Source: Candidatus Micrarchaeota archaeon
GTDB lineage: Archaea > Micrarchaeota > Micrarchaeia > Norongarragalinales > Norongarragalinaceae
DNA length: 58,419 nt
Assembly: GCA_964630975.1 (NCBI GenBank)
Contig: CAZVVY010000003.1
Span: 58,379-116,797 of the forward strand
Direction of reading: 5' to 3'
The notes below the pieces were generated by a model, which did not search any database, was not told the origin of the DNA, and worked only from the letters and a program-made list of their open reading frames with translations. The position numbers were made by a program, and so were the translations under genes. Of this stretch, positions 52,935 through 58,419 are shown piece after piece. The stretch's first letter is position 1, and each line of letters opens with the position of its first letter.

Positions 52935-53019
52935 TCCTTCAAATCACATGCACAGGCGTTAAAACCTTTTTATAATCTTGTTACTCGCCCCTCTTTTTTA
53001 AAGGGCTATCAATTTTACA

Positions 53020-53154
53020 TTAAGCCGCCCATTGCGGCGCGAACCGCGGAAAGCGCGCCGCTTCGCCGTCCACGTAAACCCATAACGGCAGGAGGACGGC
53101 CAAACTCAACGCTATCAAACTCAAATACTCAACGGCTATTTGCGCGCGACGCAT
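53020..53154 (-). pseudogene. Truncated or mini pilin-like ORF (44 aa) with a class III signal peptide
   Basis: MRRA|QIAVEYLSLIALSLAVLLPLWVYVDGEAARFPRFAPQWAA*; below the ORF-track cutoff. Confidence 0.6.
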
Positions 53155-53229
53155 AACGAAAAGGTAACTACGCAAAACAATTTAAATCAAGAACGGATTC
53201 CGCTTAATGATAAAATAGAGGTGGACTAA

Positions 53230-53724
53230 TTGGGTAAACTAATGGATAAGAAACTGGGCGACAAAAAGCTCAAGGAATACTGGAAGGTAATCAAGCTCCC
53301 GGTATACGCGGGAATCGCAATCAGCTTGTTGAGCCTCGCAACCGCGTTCATTCCCCCTCTCGGAATGTTTACGGGCGCGCTCGTGGGCCTGGTAGGCTTC
53401 GCAATCTCGCTTTACATCGGTTGGAGCGCGGTCAAAAACTACAAGTACGACTTGAAGCACTCGGCTTTCGCCGGGGGAATCGCCGGAGTAATAACCGGCC
53501 TCGCAGCAGGAATAATCGGCGCGATAACCGCGATGATGCTTTTGGGAGCCGCTTCAAGCGCGATGGGCGCTTACGGCACGGCTTACGGCGGCGCGGCAGC
53601 AGGCGCGGTCGGCAGTTTCGCAATGGCTTCCGCAATAGCCGGCATCGTGATGGGTCCGGTCTGGGGCGCGATAATGGGGGCAATCCTCGCCGCAATCGGC
53701 GCGCTTGCAGCCGAAAACCTGTGA
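53230..53724 (+). CDS. Gly/Ala-rich membrane protein
   Basis: GAGGTGG RBS before TTG; about 4 TM helices. Confidence 0.75.
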   Translation: MGKLMDKKLGDKKLKEYWKVIKLPVYAGIAISLLSLATAFIPPLGMFTGALVGLVGFAISLYIGWSAVKNYKYDLKHSAFAGGIAGVITGLAAGIIGAITAMMLLGAASSAMGAYGTAYGGAAAGAVGSFAMASAIAGIVMGPVWGAIMGAILAAIGALAAENL

Positions 53725-53731
53725 TGCAAAA

Positions 53732-54085
53732 ATGGGTAAGGACTCCGAATTGTACGGCGCACTCGCGTACCTGCTCGGATTGTTGACCGGCGTGCTAATG
53801 CTCGTCATCAAGCCCGAAGACAAATACGTGAAATTCCACGCAACACAATCAATACTGTTCTGCCTCGGAATCACGGCGGCCTACCTCGTGCTCGGCATAC
53901 TCTTCGTCCCCATCACCATAATCACGATGGGTCTCGGAGCAGTGCTCATGCTCGCGGTTTACGGCTTGCTCGGCCTCGCATCCTTTTGCGCCTGGGTTTA
54001 CTTGATGTACAAGGCGTACAACGGCGAAAAATACGAGTTGCCCGTTGTCGGAGCAATGGCCGAAAAATACGCCGCCAAAAAATAA
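53732..54085 (+). CDS. DUF4870-like small membrane protein
   Basis: ALAYL...G...L...D.YV.FHA.QS....KAY.GE.Y.LP.VG..A. Confidence 0.8.
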   Translation: MGKDSELYGALAYLLGLLTGVLMLVIKPEDKYVKFHATQSILFCLGITAAYLVLGILFVPITIITMGLGAVLMLAVYGLLGLASFCAWVYLMYKAYNGEKYELPVVGAMAEKYAAKK

Positions 54086-54097
54086 CCCCCCCCTTTT

Positions 54098-55690
54098 TTA
54101 TTGCTTTTTTTCCGCGATTGTCTTCACGAACCCGTTGAACAACGGCTCCGGCTCTTCCAAACGCGAATCAAATTCGGGGTGGAACTGTGAGGCCACGAAG
54201 AACTTCTTGTCGGGCAACTCGAAAACCTTCATTATTTCGCGCTTGGGGTCGCGCCCCGAAAACACCACGCCTTTGTCCTCCAACGCAGGCACCAACTCAG
54301 GGTTAACTTCGTACCTGTGCCTGAACCTCTTTGAAATCGTTTCACTGCCGTAACACTCGAACGCCTTGGTTCCCTCGAACAACTTCACGTCGTACGCGCC
54401 CAAGCGAAGCGTTCCCCCCAATTCCTTCAATCCTTTTTTCTCTGGGAGAATGCATATCACGGGGTAAGGCGTTTCCGCGTCAATCTCCGTGGAATTCGCT
54501 TTTTTCCAGTCCGCAACGTTTCGCGAGAACTCGATTACCGCCAACTGCATTCCGTAACACAACCCGAGGTAAGGCACGTCGTTTTCGCGCGCGAACCTGA
54601 TTGCCGAAATAATGCCTTGCACTCCGCGCGACCCGAAGCCGCCCGGGACAACGAATCCGTCGAAACCCTCCAACGACTCCTTGCCTTCCTCCAACTTCTC
54701 GGAGTCCACGAGCACGGCCTCCAACTTAACGTCGTTGTGCGCGGCCGCGTGCCTCAACGCCTCGAACACGCTGGCATAAGTGTCCTTCATCGAAGCATAC
54801 TTGCCTATCACGGCTACGCGGCGCTGTTTTCTCGCCGAACCCATTTTTTTCACGAGGCGCCTCCACTCCTTCAAGTCGGGCGCGCCCAACTTGAAACCCA
54901 TCTTGGAGGCAAGCACCTCATCCATTCCCTGTTTTTCGAACGCCATCGGCAGTTCGTAAACGTTGTCCGTGTCCGGCGAAGTGAACACTGCCTCCTTGGG
55001 CACGCTGCAAAACAACGCGATTTTGTCTCGCGACTGAGCAGAAATCATTTTCGGGGCTCGCGCCACGACCGCGTCCGGAACCAGTCCGCGCGACAACAAC
55101 GCCTTCACCGAGTGCTGCAACGGCTTCGTCTTCTCTTCACCCGTGAGAATCGTGGGCACGAGCGCGACGTGGATTATGAACGAGTCCCCGGCAGGCATTT
55201 CGAGCCGCATTTGCCGAATTGACTCGAAAACGATTTCGCTCTCGATGTCGCCCACCGTACCCCCTACTTCCACGACCAACAAGTCGCACTCGGTCGACTT
55301 CGCGGCCAACCGAATCCTGCGCTTCACTTCGGATGCAACGTGGGGAATGAGTTGAATGGTTTTCCCGATGTACTCGCCGCGCCGCTCGTTCTCTATTACC
55401 GAACGGTACGCCGACCCCATCATCAGGTTCTGCTGGTTCTTAGCGAAAACGTTGAGGAACCTCTCGTAATTGCCGAGGTCCAAGTCGCACTCGAAGCCGT
55501 CCCGCGTAACGAACACTTCCCCGTGCTCGAACGGGTTCAAAGTGCCCGCATCACAATTCAAGTAAGGGTCTATCTTCATGTTCGCAACCCTTACCCCCCT
55601 GGAATCCAAGAGCTTAGCCAAAGAAGAAGCAACGATTCCCTTGCCCAAAGAGGACAATACACCACCCGTAACGAAAACGAATTTAGTCAT
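54098..55690 (-). CDS. pyrG: CTP synthase
   Basis: FVTGGV.SSLGKG, KIDPYLN.D.GT, EVGGTVGDIES, VPGGFG.RG, GLCYGMQ, RHRYE, QFHPE. Start reassigned to ATG 55690. Confidence 0.98.
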   Translation of the reverse strand: MTKFVFVTGGVLSSLGKGIVASSLAKLLDSRGVRVANMKIDPYLNCDAGTLNPFEHGEVFVTRDGFECDLDLGNYERFLNVFAKNQQNLMMGSAYRSVIENERRGEYIGKTIQLIPHVASEVKRRIRLAAKSTECDLLVVEVGGTVGDIESEIVFESIRQMRLEMPAGDSFIIHVALVPTILTGEEKTKPLQHSVKALLSRGLVPDAVVARAPKMISAQSRDKIALFCSVPKEAVFTSPDTDNVYELPMAFEKQGMDEVLASKMGFKLGAPDLKEWRRLVKKMGSARKQRRVAVIGKYASMKDTYASVFEALRHAAAHNDVKLEAVLVDSEKLEEGKESLEGFDGFVVPGGFGSRGVQGIISAIRFARENDVPYLGLCYGMQLAVIEFSRNVADWKKANSTEIDAETPYPVICILPEKKGLKELGGTLRLGAYDVKLFEGTKAFECYGSETISKRFRHRYEVNPELVPALEDKGVVFSGRDPKREIMKVFELPDKKFFVASQFHPEFDSRLEEPEPLFNGFVKTIAEKKQ

Positions 55691-55744
55691 ACGGGAAGTG
55701 CTTATTCGGCGACAATTAATAACGGTTGCCCCCGAAAAACTCGT

Positions 55745-56695
55745 ATGATATGCGTGGGCTTCAGCGGCGGAGTGGACAGCGCGGCAGTTGCACGAATCCT
55801 CCTCGAACGCGGCGAAACCGTTCTCCCGGTATTCCTTTGCCTGCACTCCGACAACGGCGCCGAAGCAAAAAAAAGGGCGCGCGAACTCGGACTCGACCTG
55901 CGAATACTGGACGCGCGCGGCGCCTTCACTAAAAAAGTGGTCGAACCCTTTCTCAACGCGTACGCCTGCGGAAAAACGCCGAACCCTTGCCTCAACTGCA
56001 ACCGCGACATCAAGTTCGGGCTCTTACTCGACTACGCGCTAAAACACGGCTGCAAAAAAACGGCAACCGGCCACTACGCGCGCCTCGTTAACGGAAGGAT
56101 TAAGCGCGCACTCGACTCGAAAAAAGACCAGTCCTACGCCTTCGCCCTCGTCCCAAAAAAAGCGTTGGAATTCATTGAACTGCCGCTCGGCGAAAAAAAG
56201 AAGAGCGAAGTAAAGCGCGTCGCCAACTGGCGGGGAAGCGAAAGCCAGGACCTCTGCTTTGCCTCGAGCCGACTAGACGCTTTGAAGAGCCTGCCCAGAA
56301 AAAAGGGCTTCTTCTACTACGACAACGAAATCGTCGGCGAACACGAAGGCGCCTGGTTTTACTGCATCGGCCAACGCCGCGGAATAGGAAACAAGCGGCT
56401 CTACGTCAAGGAAGTGGACGCCCAAAAAAACGTTGTCGTCCTCGCGCCCCGAAACGAATTATACTGCGAGTCCTTCACGGTCACGAAAAAAAACCTGCAC
56501 GGCACCCTGCCCGAAGAAATCGACTTAATCGTGCGCCACCGCCAAAAAACGGTGCGCGCCCGCGTTCACGGCGACACTGTCACGCCGTTGGAGCCGTTGT
56601 GGTCTCCTTCGCCCGGCCAAGTAGCCGGCTTCTACGACGACGACTTGTTGGCGGGCGGAGCAATCATCACGAAAATTCGATGGCGTAATAATTGA
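55745..56695 (+). CDS. mnmA: tRNA U34 2-thiouridylase, bacterial MnmA type
   Basis: SGGVDS, TPNPCLNCN..IKFG, ATGHYAR, KDQSY, SQDLCF, GQRRG, PGQ..FYD. Start reassigned to ATG 55745. Confidence 0.92.
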   Translation: MICVGFSGGVDSAAVARILLERGETVLPVFLCLHSDNGAEAKKRARELGLDLRILDARGAFTKKVVEPFLNAYACGKTPNPCLNCNRDIKFGLLLDYALKHGCKKTATGHYARLVNGRIKRALDSKKDQSYAFALVPKKALEFIELPLGEKKKSEVKRVANWRGSESQDLCFASSRLDALKSLPRKKGFFYYDNEIVGEHEGAWFYCIGQRRGIGNKRLYVKEVDAQKNVVVLAPRNELYCESFTVTKKNLHGTLPEEIDLIVRHRQKTVRARVHGDTVTPLEPLWSPSPGQVAGFYDDDLLAGGAIITKIRWRNN

Positions 56696-56762
56696 ACCCA
56701 AAACACCTCCTCAACTCCGCTCGGGGCTTCGTCCTCGTCGGCGTTTCCCGTTCACGGAATAA

Positions 56763-57536
56763 TTAGACGAACTCAACCGCGTAATAATCCACTACACTCG
56801 AATAATCCATTGTGCGCTCGCCCGAATTCGAGTAATCAATCACGCGCGCTTTTTGCGCGCCCTTCTTTCTAGCAAAAGTTGCGGCAGCCGCAATCGCACC
56901 AAAACCGCACGCACTGCAATCGTTTTCCTTCAACGCCTCGAAAAACTTTTCAACGTCCAACTCCCCCAACGCCTTTATTGCCGCGTCATCCTTTTGCTTC
57001 GCTTTTTCAGCATCCTCATAATGAGTGAAATCGCTTGACGCAACAACGCAAACGTCGAGTTCGGCTAATGCCTCGCCGAGCTTCACCGCCGTTTCCGGCG
57101 ACTGGTCACCCATTGTAACGGCCACGAGGCGCGCCTCCGGAAAAACGCGTTGCAAAAAAGGCAGTTGAACTTCAATCGAGTGCTCCCGCGCGTGCGCTTC
57201 CTCGTCGAACTCGAACCCGGCGGCAACCAACTTTTCAGCGGCCTGCAAATCGCTTTTCACCACGCCCAACGGCGTCAACCAATCCGACTTGCTCACGGAA
57301 ACGGGTTTGCCCGCGCCCGCGTGATTCGGCGACAACACTACCACCGTGCCGCCGCACTCCAAGCACTCGATTGCGCGCGCCGCCGTCCTTCCCGAGTAAA
57401 CCCAGCCCGCGTGCGGAGAAACGACTGCCTTCGCTTTCGGCTTCGCCTTCAACTCGAACGAGTCAAGCAGGCGCCCGCACAACTGTTTTGAAGCAGGGTA
57501 AAAAGAACCCGCAAAAACCGGTTTTCTCAACGGCAT
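56763..57536 (-). CDS. amrB: AmmeMemoRadiSam system protein B (MEMO1 family)
   Basis: R.P.FAG.FYP, PHAGWVYSG, PNH, EHSIEVQLPFLQ, ASSDFTHY, CGFG. Confidence 0.93.
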   Translation of the reverse strand: MPLRKPVFAGSFYPASKQLCGRLLDSFELKAKPKAKAVVSPHAGWVYSGRTAARAIECLECGGTVVVLSPNHAGAGKPVSVSKSDWLTPLGVVKSDLQAAEKLVAAGFEFDEEAHAREHSIEVQLPFLQRVFPEARLVAVTMGDQSPETAVKLGEALAELDVCVVASSDFTHYEDAEKAKQKDDAAIKALGELDVEKFFEALKENDCSACGFGAIAAAATFARKKGAQKARVIDYSNSGERTMDYSSVVDYYAVEFV

Positions 57537-57565
57537 AATATAGAATAAAACGCGTTTCAGCGTTT

Positions 57566-58150
57566 TTATGCCTCGTATTCCTCGGGCTGGTCCTCGAATT
57601 CCTCGTTGCTCGAAATCCTGCCCGACTCCTTCAAGTACTCGCGGGCAAGCAACCAGTATACGAGTGCAAGCGCCCTACGACCCTTGTTGTTCGAAGGAAT
57701 TACGACGTCAACGTTGCGCACCGAGTTGTTGGTGTCACACAAAGCGATTACGGGCACGTTCAACTGCGCGGCTTCCTGCACGGCCTGGCGGTCCACGCCG
57801 GGGTCCGTAACCAAAACCATTGCGGGCTCCACGAAGTCCTCGCGCTGCGGGTTCGTGAACCTGCCCGGGGTAAACCTGCCGTTCAACGGCCGGAACCCCG
57901 TGGCCTCACAAAACTTTTCAATGGGCCTCTGAGCATTCGACTTTCCGCCCACAACGAATACCTTGGACGCCTCGTAATTACACAAAATCTTGGCGGCTTC
58001 ACTGACGCGCTCGTCCAAACGCTTCAAGTCGATGACGTGCAAGCCGTCTTCGCGCGTGCGGTAAATGTATTCACGCATTCCACCGCTCTTCACGCGCGTC
58101 CCAATGTGAACGCCCGCACTCAAATACTGGTCTTGTTCTAACAAAGGCAT
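57566..58150 (-). CDS. rps2: 30S ribosomal protein S2
   Basis: YL.AGVHIGT, R.DGL.VID, GRFTPG.FTNP, D.QA..EA, DT.N, NNKGR.AL; GGTGA RBS before ATG 58150. Confidence 0.97.
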   Translation of the reverse strand: MPLLEQDQYLSAGVHIGTRVKSGGMREYIYRTREDGLHVIDLKRLDERVSEAAKILCNYEASKVFVVGGKSNAQRPIEKFCEATGFRPLNGRFTPGRFTNPQREDFVEPAMVLVTDPGVDRQAVQEAAQLNVPVIALCDTNNSVRNVDVVIPSNNKGRRALALVYWLLAREYLKESGRISSNEEFEDQPEEYEA

Positions 58151-58342
58151 AAACCTTTTCACCTATCGCCTGACAATGCTGGCTGCTTTTAGTCCGCGGC
58201 AAAAGAGTCCGCGGCCGCTAACAATGAGCGTTCCACCCGTATTTAACCTTATTCAAATAAAAGAATTACAACTCCAAAATGGTTACAACAAACGAATGTT
58301 TTTATATACGGCTCCACACTACCCTTAACGGTGAATAAAGCC

Positions 58343-58419
58343 ATGAAAAAGAAGTTAACGTTGTTCGCATTAATAATAATCGCCGCAGGATTCGTCCTCG
58401 CACTAAACCCAGCAATCAA
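58343..58419 (+). CDS. 5' end of a secreted or membrane protein (runs off the window)
   Basis: GGTGA upstream; MKKKLTLFALIIIAAGFVLALNPAI... signal-peptide-like. Confidence 0.6.
   Translation, partial: MKKKLTLFALIIIAAGFVLALNPAI

Overview
Archaeal core-genome window, GC-rich and densely coding. It is most consistent with a DPANN archaeon of the Micrarchaeota/Iainarchaeota type; this is inferred from the split rpoB, fused rpoA, KGQ-type pilins, Cys-rich surface proteins and tRNA introns at non-canonical positions. Housekeeping genes: lig, dys, thrS, rpl11, polB, rpoH-B''-B'-(membrane ORF)-A, thermosome, metG, tmk, alaS, pyrG, mnmA and rps2. It also carries four large acidic surface proteins, the oapABC/arvABC GTPase cluster, two AmmeMemoRadiSam components, RNase P RNA, and two tRNAs with T-loop (59/60) introns. 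No integrase, transposase or CRISPR-Cas was seen. The strongest candidate for a new system is a leaderless 10-codon uORF (MKTVSSTTTT*) followed by a GC-rich hairpin directly upstream of thrS, i.e. a putative threonine-sensing attenuator in an archaeon. Other notable items: a Thr-to-Pro change in the RNA polymerase bridge helix, a membrane-domain/AdoMetDC fusion coupled to deoxyhypusine synthase, an H1-like KKKxx repeat protein, two exact duplications of apparent gene 3' ends around short hairpins, and gene remnants missing from the ORF track. All calls are from reading motifs by eye; no database searches were run.
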